Assembly (NCBI RefSeq): GCF_027923225.1
Contig: NZ_BSDI01000004.1
Location: 98,116-130,115, forward strand
Reading direction: 5' to 3'
Length of the DNA: 32,000 nt
From: Phytohabitans aurantiacus
Lineage (GTDB): Bacteria > Actinomycetota > Actinomycetes > Mycobacteriales > Micromonosporaceae
The notes beneath the pieces were generated by a model that saw only the letters and a program-made list of their open reading frames with translations, ran no database searches and had not been told where the DNA came from. Shown piece after piece: positions 1 through 8,873 of this stretch (position 1 is its first letter; each line of letters opens with the position of its first letter). The position numbers and the translations under genes were made by a program.

Positions 1-594
1 GTCGACGCCCGACGCCGCCAGCTTCGCCGGGTCCGGCGTGATCAGCACGACCTCGTCGCGGCCACCGGTCACCTCGACCGTGCGCACCCCGTCGATGCCG
101 GACAGCTCGGGGATCACCGTCTGGTTGAGCGTGCCGGCCAAGGCGCGCTCGTCGGCTCCGCCACTCGCCGCCAGCACCACCGCCGGCAGGTCGTCGGTGC
201 CGCCCGCGAACACCTCCGGCTCCACGCCCGCCGGCAACCGCGCGCCGAGCCGGCCGAGCGCGCCCTGCAGCTTCGCGACCGCGTCGTCGACATCGGTGCC
301 GAATTCGAAAGCCACCTGTACCGTCGCCGAACCCATTCGGGACGTAGAGGTGACCTTGTCGACGCCGGCTATGCCCTGGACGCCATTCTCGATCGGCTCG
401 GCGACCCGTTCTTCGACGATCTCGGGTGCGGCACCCGGATAGGTGGCCACGATGAACGCCGCGGGAAATTCGAGCGACGGCAAGAGCTGCTGCTTGAGCG
501 AGGGAATGGCGAACGCGCCGAACGCGGTGACCACCACCGCGATCAGGGCGACCAGACTGCGGTTGGCAAGGCTGAGTCTGGCGAGCGACGGCAT
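1..594 (-). CDS. RND-superfamily efflux transporter permease (AcrB/HAE-like), N-terminal 198 codons; gene continues past the left edge
   Basis: Absent from the ORF track because it has no stop in the window. Reverse-complement reading from ATG at 594-592 is open to base 1: MPSLARLSLANRSLVALIAVVVTAFGAFAIPSLKQQLLPSLEFPAAFIVATYPGAAPEIVEERVAEPIENGVQGIAGVDKVTSTS... This is an N-terminal TM helix followed by the first periplasmic loop typical of RND permeases. GC3 is high. The listed + ORF 38-442 is its Ser/Thr/Pro-rich antisense shadow. Confidence 0.7.
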   Translation of the reverse strand, partial: MPSLARLSLANRSLVALIAVVVTAFGAFAIPSLKQQLLPSLEFPAAFIVATYPGAAPEIVEERVAEPIENGVQGIAGVDKVTSTSRMGSATVQVAFEFGTDVDDAVAKLQGALGRLGARLPAGVEPEVFAGGTDDLPAVVLAASGGADERALAGTLNQTVIPELSGIDGVRTVEVTGGRDEVVLITPDPAKLAASGVD

Positions 595-759
595 GGGGTA
601 GCTCACTCCTGAGAAAATTGAGGCGCATGAGGTATGCGGCGACTCACCTTATCGACCGAACCGGCGGCTCGGTGTAGTGCATCCGACCCCTTTCGAATGT
701 CCTGGCAGGTGGTGCGGCATCCTTGACACGGCACCACCACCGCTAGACAGGAGAGCACC

Positions 760-1809
760 ATGTGGCGCGGTCTGATCGAGGCGTACCGTGACCGGCTGCC
801 GGTCACCGATGCCACCCCGGTGATCACGCTCCACGAGGGGAACACGCCGCTCGTACCGGCCCCGACGCTCTCCTCCCGGGTGGGCGCCGACGTCTACCTC
901 AAGGTCGAGGGAGCGAACCCGACCGGATCCTTCAAGGACCGCGGCATGACGGTCGCCGTCTCCAAGGCGGTCGAAAGCGGTGCCAAGGCGATCATCTGCG
1001 CGTCGACCGGCAACACGTCCGCGTCGGCGGCGGCGTACGCGGCACGTGCCGGGCTCACCTGCGCGGTCCTCGTGCCCCAGGGCAAGATCGCGCTGGGCAA
1101 GCTGGCACAGGCGCTCGTCCACGGCGCCCGGCTGCTCCAGGTCAGCGGCAACTTCGACGACTGCCTCGCGCTGGCGTCCAAGCTGTCGTTGGACTACCCG
1201 GTCGCGCTGGTCAACTCGGTCAACCCCGACCGCCTCGCCGGGCAGAAGACCGCCGCCTTCGAGATCATCGAAGCCCTCGGCGACGCGCCCGACATCCACT
1301 GCCTGCCCGTTGGCAACGCCGGCAACATCACCGCGTACTGGATGGGCTACGAGGAGGACTTCGCGGCCGGCAACTCCACCCGCAAGCCGAAGATGTACGG
1401 GTTCCAGGCGTCCGGCGCCGCCCCGATCGTCACCGGGCAGGCCGTCCGCGAGCCGTCGACCATCGCGACCGCGATCCGCATCGGCAACCCGGCGAGCTGG
1501 ACCAAGGCGGTCGACGCGCGCGACGCCTCCGGCGGGCTCATCGAGGCCGTGACCGACCGCGAGATCCTGACCGCGTACCGGCTGCTGGCCCGCGACGTGG
1601 GCGTCTTCGTCGAGCTGGGCAGCGCGGCCAGCGTGGCCGGCCTGCTCCAGCAGGCCGAGGCCGGTCGCATCCCGGCTGGCGGCACCGTCGTCTGCACGGT
1701 GACCGGCCACGGCCTGAAGGACCCCGAGTGGGCCATCTCCACGGCTCCCAGCCCCACGACCATCAAGAACGACGTGCTGGCTGCGGCCAAGTCCCTGGAC
1801 CTAGCGTGA
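760..1809 (+). CDS. thrC: threonine synthase (PLP-dependent)
   Basis: 349-aa ORF with the PLP-lysine motif [13 protein letters not shown], the [14 protein letters not shown] block and the NSVNP...GQKT block typical of short-form ThrC. RBS-like GGAGAG lies 5-10 nt upstream of the ATG. Confidence 0.95.
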   Translation: MWRGLIEAYRDRLPVTDATPVITLHEGNTPLVPAPTLSSRVGADVYLKVEGANPTGSFKDRGMTVAVSKAVESGAKAIICASTGNTSASAAAYAARAGLTCAVLVPQGKIALGKLAQALVHGARLLQVSGNFDDCLALASKLSLDYPVALVNSVNPDRLAGQKTAAFEIIEALGDAPDIHCLPVGNAGNITAYWMGYEEDFAAGNSTRKPKMYGFQASGAAPIVTGQAVREPSTIATAIRIGNPASWTKAVDARDASGGLIEAVTDREILTAYRLLARDVGVFVELGSAASVAGLLQQAEAGRIPAGGTVVCTVTGHGLKDPEWAISTAPSPTTIKNDVLAAAKSLDLA

Positions 1810-1841
1810 TCAGGGCGTCCCTCAAGTCGTTAGAGCAACGT

Positions 1842-1917
1842 CAGGGATGAACGGTCCGAGTCGCTGCGCGGTGCTTGCGCACGACGGAGTAGGCGACTCG
1901 GACCGTTCACAGCCCTG
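1842..1917. terminator. long inverted repeat between convergent thrC and hom; candidate bidirectional terminator
   Basis: Perfect 16-bp arms GAACGGTCCGAGTCGC (1849-1864) and GCGACTCGGACCGTTC (1893-1908). They are extended by CAGGG (1842-1846) / CCCTG (1913-1917). The 28-nt loop contains a smaller TGCGC/GCGCA hairpin. Confidence 0.6.
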
Positions 1918-1933
1918 ATCACGAAGGACGGGG

Positions 1934-3235
1934 CTACGTCGTGGCGCCCTCTACTCTCAGGACGCTGGCGATCGAGCGGACGATGTCGAGCGCCTGAAGC
2001 TCGCGGACCGTCGCGGCCAGCGCGGCATCCGGGGCGCCGTGGGTGACGATCACGAGGATCGCGTCGTCGCCCCGGCCCGACTGGCGCACCGTGGCGATCG
2101 AGACATCGTGCTTGGCGAACACGCCGGCCACAGCGGCCAGTACACCAGCGCGGTCGGCCACGTCGAGGCTGATGTGGTAGCGGGTCACCACCTCGCCCAT
2201 CGGCCGGACGGGCAGGTCGGCGTACGCGGACTCGCTCGCTGACCGTACCCCTGCCAGGCGGTTGCGCCCGACGGCGACGATGTCGCCGAGCACGGCGCTC
2301 GCGGTCGGCGCGCCTCCGGCGCCACGGCCGTAGAACATGAGCTGCCCCGCGGCTTCGGCCTCGACGAACACCGCGTTGAACGCGTCGCCGACGCTCGCCA
2401 GCGGATGGGTGCGCGGGATCATCGCCGGGTGCACCCGCACGCTCACGGAGTCACCGGACGGGCCGGAGACGCGCGAGGCGATGCAGAGCAGCTTGATCGT
2501 GCAGCCCATGGCCTTGGCGCTGGCCACGTCGGCGGCGCTGACCTCGGTGATGCCCTCGCGGTGCACGTCGGCGGCGCCCACGCGACTGTGGAACGCCAGG
2601 GACGCGAGGATCGCCGCTTTCGCCGCCGCGTCGAAACCGTCGACGTCGGCGGTGGGGTCGGCTTCGGCGTATCCGAGAGCGGTCGCCTCTTCCAGTGCCT
2701 CGGTGAAGCTGGCGCCGCTGGAATCCATGGACGACAGGATGTAGTTCGTGGTGCCGTTGACGATGCCCGTCACGCGCGTGATCTTGTCGCCGTGCAGCGA
2801 CTCGCGCAGCGGGCGCAACAGCGGGATCGCCCCGGCGACGGCCGCCTCGTAGTACAGGTCGGAGCCGCCCTCGGTAGCCGCGTCGTGCAGCGTGCCGCCG
2901 TCTTCGGCGAGCAGGGCCTTGTTGGCGGTCACGACGCTCTTCCCAGCACGCAGCGCCTCGACCAGCCAGGTGCGTGCCGGCTCGATGCCGCCGACGACCT
3001 CGACGACCACGTCGACGTCGTCGCGCTTGACCAGGCCGAGGGCGTCGGTGGTGAACAGCGCCGGGTCGACGGGCAGATCGCCGCGGTCGCGGGCGAGCCG
3101 GCGAACGGCGATGCCGGCGATCTCGATCGGGGCGCCGATCCGTGCCGTCAGGTCATCCGCCTGCTCGTGCAACAGCCGGACGACCTCGGCGCCGACCGTG
3201 CCGCACCCCAACAGAGCCAAGCGAACAGGTTTCAT
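1934..3235 (-). CDS. hom: homoserine dehydrogenase with C-terminal ACT domain
   Basis: The frame of track ORF 1934-3361 is used, but the start is placed at the internal ATG at 3235 (MKPVRLALLGCGTVGAEVVRLL, a Rossmann N-terminus). This ATG overlaps the lysA stop as ATGA (3232-3235). Homoserine dehydrogenase catalytic-domain motifs are present (NGTTNYILS, EADPTADVDG), as is a C-terminal ACT-like segment. Confidence 0.92.
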   Translation of the reverse strand: MKPVRLALLGCGTVGAEVVRLLHEQADDLTARIGAPIEIAGIAVRRLARDRGDLPVDPALFTTDALGLVKRDDVDVVVEVVGGIEPARTWLVEALRAGKSVVTANKALLAEDGGTLHDAATEGGSDLYYEAAVAGAIPLLRPLRESLHGDKITRVTGIVNGTTNYILSSMDSSGASFTEALEEATALGYAEADPTADVDGFDAAAKAAILASLAFHSRVGAADVHREGITEVSAADVASAKAMGCTIKLLCIASRVSGPSGDSVSVRVHPAMIPRTHPLASVGDAFNAVFVEAEAAGQLMFYGRGAGGAPTASAVLGDIVAVGRNRLAGVRSASESAYADLPVRPMGEVVTRYHISLDVADRAGVLAAVAGVFAKHDVSIATVRQSGRGDDAILVIVTHGAPDAALAATVRELQALDIVRSIASVLRVEGATT

Positions 3236-4617
3236 CCCACATCCAATGCCAACAGGTCGTCCTCGGTCTCCCGCCGGACGATCACCCGAGCCCGCCCGTC
3301 GCGCACGGCGAGCACCGGTGGCCTGGGCACGTGGTTGTAGTTGCTGGCCATGCTCCGGCAATAGGCTCCCGTGCCGGGTACGGCAAGAAGATCTCCGGGC
3401 TGCACGTCGGCGGGCAGGAATTCATCCTTAACAACCACGTCCCCGGACTCGCAATGTTTTCCCACCACCCGAGCGAGGATCGGGCCGGCTTCCGACGTGC
3501 GGGACGCCACGGTCGCCGAGTACGACGCGTCGTAGAGCGCGGTGCGGATGTTGTCGCTCATGCCACCGTCGACGCTCACGTAGGTGCGGATGCCGTCGAC
3601 GTCCTTGACCGTGCCGACCTCGTAGAGCGTGAAGACAGCCGGACCGACGATCGCCCGGCCGGGCTCGATCGACAGGTGCGGCACCGCTAGCTGCAGCGCC
3701 TCACACTCGCCCTCGACGATCTTGGTGAGCCGCTTGGCCAGGTCAGCGGGGGGTGCCGGGTCGTCCTGCGTCGTGTACGCGATGCCGAAACCACCGCCGA
3801 GGTCGAGCTCGGGCAACTCGACGCCGCGCGCCTCGCGGATCTGGGCCTGTAGCCCGAGCACCCGCTTGGCCGATACCTCGAAGCCGCTGGTGTCGAAGAT
3901 CTGCGAGCCGATGTGGGAGTGCAGGCCGCGCAGGTCGAGCACGCCCTCGTCGATGATCTTCAGCGCCGCCTGGACCGCCGACCCGCCGGCGAGCGAGAAC
4001 CCGAACTTCTGGTCTTCGTGGGCGGTCGCGATGAACTCGTGCGTGTGCGCCTCGACACCGACCGTCACCCGGATGAGCACGCTCGGGCGCTTGCCGAACT
4101 CGCGCGCCAGCGCGGTCAGCCGGTCGATCTCGTGGAACGAGTCGACGATGATCCGTCCCACCCCGGCCTCGACCGCACGGGTGAGCTCGGCCACGGACTT
4201 GTTGTTGCCGTGGAAGCCGATCCGCTCGGGCGGCATGCCCGCGGACAGCGCCGTGGCCAGCTCCCCGCCGCTGCACACGTCGAGGTGCAGGCCCTCCTCG
4301 GCGATGATCCGGACGACGGCCCGGCACAGGAACGCCTTGCCCGCGTAGTACACGTCGCAGCCGTCGAACGCCGCCAGGAAGTCACGGCATCGGGCGCGCA
4401 TGTCACCCTCGTCGAGCACGTACGCCGGAGTACCGAACTCCTCCGCCAGGGCCCGGACGCTGAGGTCGCCGACGGCGAGCGCGCCGTCGGCGGCTCGCGC
4501 GACGCCGGTGGGCCACAGGTGCGGCACGAGGGCGTTGACGTCTTCAGGGGTACGCAGCCAGGCGGGCCCCCGGCTGCCAAGGTCGCCGTGCAGCGCCCCC
4601 GCTTCGTGCGCCCTCAT
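3232..4617 (-). CDS. lysA: diaminopimelate decarboxylase
   Basis: 461-aa ORF with the group IV PLP decarboxylase layout (YAGKAF PLP-Lys region, GGGFGIAY, CESGD). Its start ATG at 4617 directly abuts the argS TAG (4618-4620). Confidence 0.95.
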   Translation of the reverse strand: MRAHEAGALHGDLGSRGPAWLRTPEDVNALVPHLWPTGVARAADGALAVGDLSVRALAEEFGTPAYVLDEGDMRARCRDFLAAFDGCDVYYAGKAFLCRAVVRIIAEEGLHLDVCSGGELATALSAGMPPERIGFHGNNKSVAELTRAVEAGVGRIIVDSFHEIDRLTALAREFGKRPSVLIRVTVGVEAHTHEFIATAHEDQKFGFSLAGGSAVQAALKIIDEGVLDLRGLHSHIGSQIFDTSGFEVSAKRVLGLQAQIREARGVELPELDLGGGFGIAYTTQDDPAPPADLAKRLTKIVEGECEALQLAVPHLSIEPGRAIVGPAVFTLYEVGTVKDVDGIRTYVSVDGGMSDNIRTALYDASYSATVASRTSEAGPILARVVGKHCESGDVVVKDEFLPADVQPGDLLAVPGTGAYCRSMASNYNHVPRPPVLAVRDGRARVIVRRETEDDLLALDVG

Positions 4618-6261
4618 CTACATCCTCTCGGGGGCGGAGACGCCCAAAAGATCCAAACCGTTAGCGATCACGGTACGCGTGGCGTCGTTCAGCCACAGCC
4701 TGGTCCGGTGGAGATCACCGATCGGTTCGTCACCCTTGGGGAGGATGCGACAGTTGTCATAGAACCGGTGGTAATTGCCGGACAGGTCTTCCAGGTACCG
4801 GGCGATCCGGTGGGGCTCGCGCAGCTCGGCCGCGGTGGCGACAACGGATGGGTACTCGCCGAGCGCCTTGAGCAGCTCGTTTTCCTTCTCGTGGTCGAGC
4901 AGCTCGGGCCGGAAGGAGTCGGCGTCACCGCGGCTCAGCCCCACCTCGGCCGCGTTGCGGGCGACGCTGGCGGTGCGGGCGGCCACGTACTGCACGTAGT
5001 AGACCGGGTTGTCGCGCGTCGACCGGGTCCACAGCTCGACGTCGATGTCGATCGGCGAGTCAGCTGAGTACCGTGCCAGCGCGTACCGGGCGGCGTCGAC
5101 GCCGATCGCCTCGACCACGTCTTCGAGCGTGACCACGGTGCCGGCCCGCTTGCTCATCCGCACCGGCACGCCGTCGCGTACCAGGTTGACCATCTGCCCG
5201 ATCATGATCTCCAGATGGGTGTCGGGGTCGTCGCCGAAGCACGACACCATCGCCCGCATCCGGCCGATGTATCCGTGGTGGTCGGCGCCCAGCATCATCA
5301 CCACGCGCTCGAAGGCCCGCTCGCGCTTGTCCAGGTAGTAGGCGCAGTCTGCGGCGAAGTAGGTCCATTCGCCGTCGGACTTGCGCAGGACCCGGTCCTT
5401 GTCGTCGCCGAAGTCGGTGGTGCGCAGCCAGATCGCGCCATCGGCCTCGAAGACGTGGCCCTGCTCACGCAGCCGGGTCAACGCGTGGTCGAGCTCACCC
5501 CGGCTGTGCAGGTCGGACTCGCGGAAGTAGAGGTCGAAGTGCACACCGAAGCCGGTCAGCGAGGACTCGATCTCGGCGAGCATCCGCTCGACACCCACGC
5601 TCCGGAACGTCGCCAGGTCGGCGTCGGGGTGGTCGCGCGTGATGCCCTCGGCGATCTCCGCGATGTAGGCGCCCGCGTATCCGTCTTCGGGCGTCGGCTC
5701 GCCCCGCGAGGCGGCCAGCAGCGACTGGGCGAACCGGTCGATCTGCGTGCCCGCGTCGTTCACGTAGTACTCGGTGCCCACCTCGGCTCCGACCGCGCGC
5801 AGCAACCGAGCCAGCGCGTCGCCGAGCGCCGCCCACCGGACGCCACCGATGTGCACGGGACCGGTCGGGTTCGCCGAGACGAACTCCAGGTTGATCTTCT
5901 GGCCGGCGAGCCGCTCGCTGTGCCCGTACTCCTTGCCGGCCTGCACGACCACGCGGGCGAGCTGGCCGGCGGCGGCCGCGTCGAGGCGGATGTTGAGGAA
6001 GCCGGGGCCGGCGATCTCGACCGATTTGATGCCGGGCGTGCGGCCAAGCTGATCGGCGAGGCCGGCGGCCAGGTCGCGGGGTGGTACTCCCGACTTCTTC
6101 GCCAGCTGTAGTGCCAGCGTGGACGCGTAGTCACCATGCTCAGGGTTGCGGGGTCGCTCAACCGCCGTCGACTCCGGTAGCGCGGTCGGGTCGAGCCCAC
6201 GCTCGGCGAAAAGCGCGTGGGCAGCCGCTAATACGGCGTCTGCGAGCTTGGCGGGAGTCAC
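4618..6261 (-). CDS. argS: arginine--tRNA ligase
   Basis: 547-aa ORF with the class I aaRS HIGH-type motif ([11 protein letters not shown]), a KMSKR-like MSKRAGT motif and a C-terminal DALR anticodon-binding region. The start is GTG at 6261. An upstream ATG at 6269 runs into a stop after 3 codons. Confidence 0.94.
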   Translation of the reverse strand: MTPAKLADAVLAAAHALFAERGLDPTALPESTAVERPRNPEHGDYASTLALQLAKKSGVPPRDLAAGLADQLGRTPGIKSVEIAGPGFLNIRLDAAAAGQLARVVVQAGKEYGHSERLAGQKINLEFVSANPTGPVHIGGVRWAALGDALARLLRAVGAEVGTEYYVNDAGTQIDRFAQSLLAASRGEPTPEDGYAGAYIAEIAEGITRDHPDADLATFRSVGVERMLAEIESSLTGFGVHFDLYFRESDLHSRGELDHALTRLREQGHVFEADGAIWLRTTDFGDDKDRVLRKSDGEWTYFAADCAYYLDKRERAFERVVMMLGADHHGYIGRMRAMVSCFGDDPDTHLEIMIGQMVNLVRDGVPVRMSKRAGTVVTLEDVVEAIGVDAARYALARYSADSPIDIDVELWTRSTRDNPVYYVQYVAARTASVARNAAEVGLSRGDADSFRPELLDHEKENELLKALGEYPSVVATAAELREPHRIARYLEDLSGNYHRFYDNCRILPKGDEPIGDLHRTRLWLNDATRTVIANGLDLLGVSAPERM

Positions 6262-6370
6262 CGAGTCATGTTACCGGGGGTACAGTGGGTGCTTCGGCGG
6301 CGACCCTGTCGATCGATGTGTTGCGTCGATCAACCGCCCACCCCTTGACCGACCGACCTGACGAGGCACC

Positions 6371-7222
6371 ATGAGCATCAGTACCCCGGCCGGCGACAAG
6401 CGCCGTCCGTCCGCGGTCAGCACCGGCAAGAAGCCGCCTGCGGGTAAGTCCTCTTCCTCTTCGACCTCCTCGACCTCGACGGCTCGCAAGCCGTCGACCG
6501 CCAGCAAGGCCGCGGGGACCGCGGCCCGTCCTGGCGGCAAGGCCGGTGGTGCCGGCGGTGGCGGCAAGGGTCGCAAGCCGATCACGCCGGTCAAGGTCAG
6601 CCAGGGGCGCAGTTGGGGCCCGATCGCGATGTTCGTCGCCGTCGGCGTGATTGCGGCCGGCATCATCGGGTACGGCTCATGGGCCGCTTTCAAGGGCTCC
6701 CAGCCATGGGAGCAGAAGGCCGCCGACATCGACGGGATCGTCAACTACCGGGACAACCCGGACAAGACACTCACCGAGGCCAACCACGCGTGGGGCCCGC
6801 TGACCTACAAGCTCACCCCGCCGGTCGGCGGCAACCACAACTACAACTGGCAGAACTGCATGGGTGACGTCTACGACGCCCCCATCGCCAACGAGCACGC
6901 GGTGCACGCCATGGAGCACGGCGCGGTCTGGGTCGCGTACAAGAGCGGTCTGGCCGCCGACCAGGTGGAGAAGCTCGCCAGCAAGGTGCGCGGCAACGAG
7001 TACATGCTGATGAGCCCGATCGAGAACCTCGACCACGAGGTCTCGCTCCAGGCGTGGGGCTACCAGCTCAAGGTCGACAGCGTCGACGACGGCCGCATCG
7101 ACCAGTTCATCAGCGCGCTGCGCCAGAACGCCACGGTCGAGGCGGGAGCCACCTGCTCCGGCGGCATCACGGCCACCGGCACCACGCCGCGCGACATCGG
7201 CAAGGACCAGCAGGGCGGCTGA
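6371..7222 (+). CDS. DUF3105 domain membrane protein with low-complexity Lys/Ser/Gly/Pro-rich N-terminus
   Basis: 283 aa. It has a disordered N-terminus (KKPPAGKSSSSSTSSTSTARKPSTASKAAG...), one TM helix (GPIAMFVAVGVIAAGIIGYGSWAAF) and an extracytoplasmic domain with GGNHN...W and HAMEHGAVWV blocks that I recognise as DUF3105. Confidence 0.75.
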   Translation: MSISTPAGDKRRPSAVSTGKKPPAGKSSSSSTSSTSTARKPSTASKAAGTAARPGGKAGGAGGGGKGRKPITPVKVSQGRSWGPIAMFVAVGVIAAGIIGYGSWAAFKGSQPWEQKAADIDGIVNYRDNPDKTLTEANHAWGPLTYKLTPPVGGNHNYNWQNCMGDVYDAPIANEHAVHAMEHGAVWVAYKSGLAADQVEKLASKVRGNEYMLMSPIENLDHEVSLQAWGYQLKVDSVDDGRIDQFISALRQNATVEAGATCSGGITATGTTPRDIGKDQQGG

Positions 7223-7887
7223 TGAGCGTCTCCGTGGAGTCCGACCCCGAGTCGCCGGAGATCGACGACGCGGTTCCGCCAGCCCGCCGGCGCTTCGGTG
7301 TCGCCGGCTGGTTGGCGGCCGGCGTCGCACTGGGCCTCCTCCTGGGCCTCGTGGCCGGGCTACTGATCGTCCCGTCATTCACCCGGCCGGGCGAAGACTC
7401 GGCCGAGGCCGGGTTCGCCCGGGACATGTCGACGCACCACGCCCAGGCCGTCGAGATGGGCATGCTCGCCCACCAGAAGGCCAGCGACAGCGACGTGCGC
7501 ACGCTCGGCGGCGACATCGCGCTGACCCAGCAGGCCCAGATCGGGATGATGCAGGCGTGGCTACGCGAGTGGAAGCTCGGCCCCACCGGTTCGCAGCCGC
7601 GCATGGCGTGGATGCCCGAGGGCAGCGCCGGCCTCGAAAACGGCCTGATGCCGGGTATGGCGACAGACGCCGAGCGCGCTCAATTGCGCAGCGCCACCGG
7701 CAAGGCGTTCGACGTGCTCTTCCTCCAGCTGATGATCAAGCATCACCTCGGCGGCATCCACATGGCCGAAGAGGTGGTCAAGCTGACCGACAACGCCGAG
7801 GTGCTCCGGCTCGCGCAGGGCATGGTCGCCAACCAGCGCAACGAGGTGGCCGCCTTCCAGCAGCTCCTGACGAAGCTCGGTGGATAA
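7222..7887 (+). CDS. DUF305 domain protein (four-helix-bundle, metal-associated family)
   Basis: The start is placed at the ATG at 7222 (MSVSVESDPE...), which overlaps the DUF3105 TGA by 1 nt. It has one TM segment, then duplicated DUF305 motifs: FARDMSTHHAQAVEM and FLQLMIKHHLGGIHMA. The track ORF begins at 7054, but that upstream stretch is Arg/His-rich out-of-context sequence overlapping the previous gene. Confidence 0.78.
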   Translation: MSVSVESDPESPEIDDAVPPARRRFGVAGWLAAGVALGLLLGLVAGLLIVPSFTRPGEDSAEAGFARDMSTHHAQAVEMGMLAHQKASDSDVRTLGGDIALTQQAQIGMMQAWLREWKLGPTGSQPRMAWMPEGSAGLENGLMPGMATDAERAQLRSATGKAFDVLFLQLMIKHHLGGIHMAEEVVKLTDNAEVLRLAQGMVANQRNEVAAFQQLLTKLGG

Positions 7888-7965
7888 AGTCGGATAAATC
7901 GTGACTCTCCGGAGCTTTCTGTTCACCCAGCGCTACCTGTCCGAATCGGACTCGTTGTCCGGGAC

Positions 7966-8625
7966 GTGGGGGTTGTACTTGGTGACGGACGACGATCAAT
8001 CGCAAACTGGTGCCGGCGGTATGCGAGCGGAGGCGACGGCGCGGTAGCCGCCCGCCGCCGGCACGGAGCGCTCACTCGTGAGCAGGAGCTCCGACTCATC
8101 GACATGCTGCGCGACGCGTTCCCCGAAGACTTCGGGTTGGCCGGAAGCCTGTGGACCCGCCAGAGTGTGCTCGGATTGGTCGAGCAGACATACGGCATCC
8201 CGCTCAGCGTGCCCGGCATCGCCCGGTACCTGCGCGCCTGGGGCCTCGCACCGCGGGAACCCGTCGACCGGGCCTGCGCCCTCTGCGCGATGGCGGTCGT
8301 ACAGTGGCAGTCTGACCGGTACCCGGAGATCCTTCAGGCCGCGCAGCTCGAACGCGCCGACCTGTACTGGGCCGGCCGCACCCGCCTGCACGGCGTCTCA
8401 CCCGCGACAGAGGTCGTAGCGGCGGTGTCGACCCGCGGCTGGGTCCGCTTCCTGGTCACCGGCGAAACGGCGCTACCGCGCGAATTCCTGAGCCGGCTAG
8501 CGTCACAGGCAGGCCGGGACGTGCACGTGGTGGTAGACGGCTCATGGGCAACCACCGAATGGCCCCGCCGGATCCCAGACGGCGTGGTGCTACACGCGTT
8601 GCCGACATGCGAACGGGGACGCTGA
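7966..8625 (+). CDS. IS630-family transposase-like protein, truncated/degenerate (HTH region plus remnant DDE region); possibly a pseudogene or domesticated
   Basis: 219 aa with a GTG start. SIANWCRRYASGG...LTREQELRLIDMLRDAFPEDFGLAGSLWTRQSVLGLVEQTYGIPLSVPGIARYLRAWGLAPREP resembles the winged-HTH N-terminal module of IS630/Tc1-type transposases. The C-terminal part (VHVVVDGSWA) resembles a DDE_3 core, but the protein is about 120 aa too short and lacks a clear third acidic residue. A/T-ending codons are more frequent than in neighbouring genes. Confidence 0.5.
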   Translation: MGVVLGDGRRSIANWCRRYASGGDGAVAARRRHGALTREQELRLIDMLRDAFPEDFGLAGSLWTRQSVLGLVEQTYGIPLSVPGIARYLRAWGLAPREPVDRACALCAMAVVQWQSDRYPEILQAAQLERADLYWAGRTRLHGVSPATEVVAAVSTRGWVRFLVTGETALPREFLSRLASQAGRDVHVVVDGSWATTEWPRRIPDGVVLHALPTCERGR

Positions 8626-8675
8626 GTCGGTTCGGCGACGGCGGGGGGAGCCTGCTACTCTTCGTTGGTCGCTGA

Positions 8676-8750
8676 GCCCCCGTAGCTCAGGGGATAGAGC
8701 ACCGCCCTCCGGAGGCGGGAGCGCAGGTTCGAATCCTGCCGGGGGCACCA
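8676..8750 (+). tRNA. tRNA-Arg, anticodon CCG, CCA end encoded
   Basis: Hand-folded cloverleaf. Acceptor stem is GCCCCCG/CGGGGGC and the D arm is GCTC-AGGGGATA-GAGC. The anticodon arm is CCGCC-CTCCGGA-GGCGG (anticodon CCG) and the T arm is GCAGG-TTCGAAT-CCTGC. Discriminator A is followed by CCA. Confidence 0.92.
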
Positions 8751-8756
8751 GCTTTC

Positions 8757-8794
8757 GCGCTCCACGTCCGCTGAGATGCACGGACCTGGAGCGC
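8757..8794 (+). terminator. hairpin immediately downstream of tRNA-Arg
   Basis: 14-bp stem with one mismatch, GCGCTCCACGTCCG (8757-8770) / CGGACCTGGAGCGC (8781-8794), and a 10-nt loop. It is followed by TTGTCATTTCT. Confidence 0.45.
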
Positions 8795-8807
8795 TTGTCA
8801 TTTCTGC

Positions 8808-8825
8808 CTGGGGCTCGAGCCCCAG
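8808..8825. terminator. perfect 18-bp palindrome downstream of the MarR gene
   Basis: CTGGGGC-TCGA-GCCCCAG, 49 nt past the MarR stop codon on the minus strand. Confidence 0.35.
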
Positions 8826-8873
8826 ACCCCACGCCCGGGTGCAGGCTTTAGCGGTACTCCGCCTGGTCGCTTT

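Noticed and set aside
649-1710. Long ORFs antisense to or out of frame with confidently called genes. Examples: 649-1710(-), 2405-3340(+), 3913-5067(+), 5215-6111(+), 11262-12578(+), 18661-20934(+), 23345-24700(+), 25142-26470(-), 27219-28445(+), 29171-30190(+), 30060-31319(+).
   Set aside because: Their translations are Arg/Ala/Gly/Pro/His-rich low-complexity strings with no recognisable motifs. They lie opposite genes with clear family signatures and high GC3. These are the classic shadow ORFs of high-GC DNA, where stop codons are rare.
3236-3361. 42-codon N-terminal extension of hom (MPEHGQQLQPRAQATGARRARRAG...).
   Set aside because: It lies entirely inside the 3' end of lysA in another frame. 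The ATG at 3235 gives the canonical Rossmann N-terminus and an ATGA stop/start overlap.
6272-6282. Small palindrome-like TACCGGGGGTA in the argS / DUF3105 divergent region, considered as a possible CsoR-type copper operator given the DUF305 neighbour.
   Set aside because: Only 4-bp arms pair (TACC/GGTA). It sits 11 nt from the argS start rather than near the DUF3105 gene, and I cannot match it confidently to a published consensus from memory.
8590-8832. 80-aa minus-strand ORF overlapping tRNA-Arg.
   Set aside because: It is antisense to a well-folding tRNA and its terminator hairpins, and it has no protein-like features.
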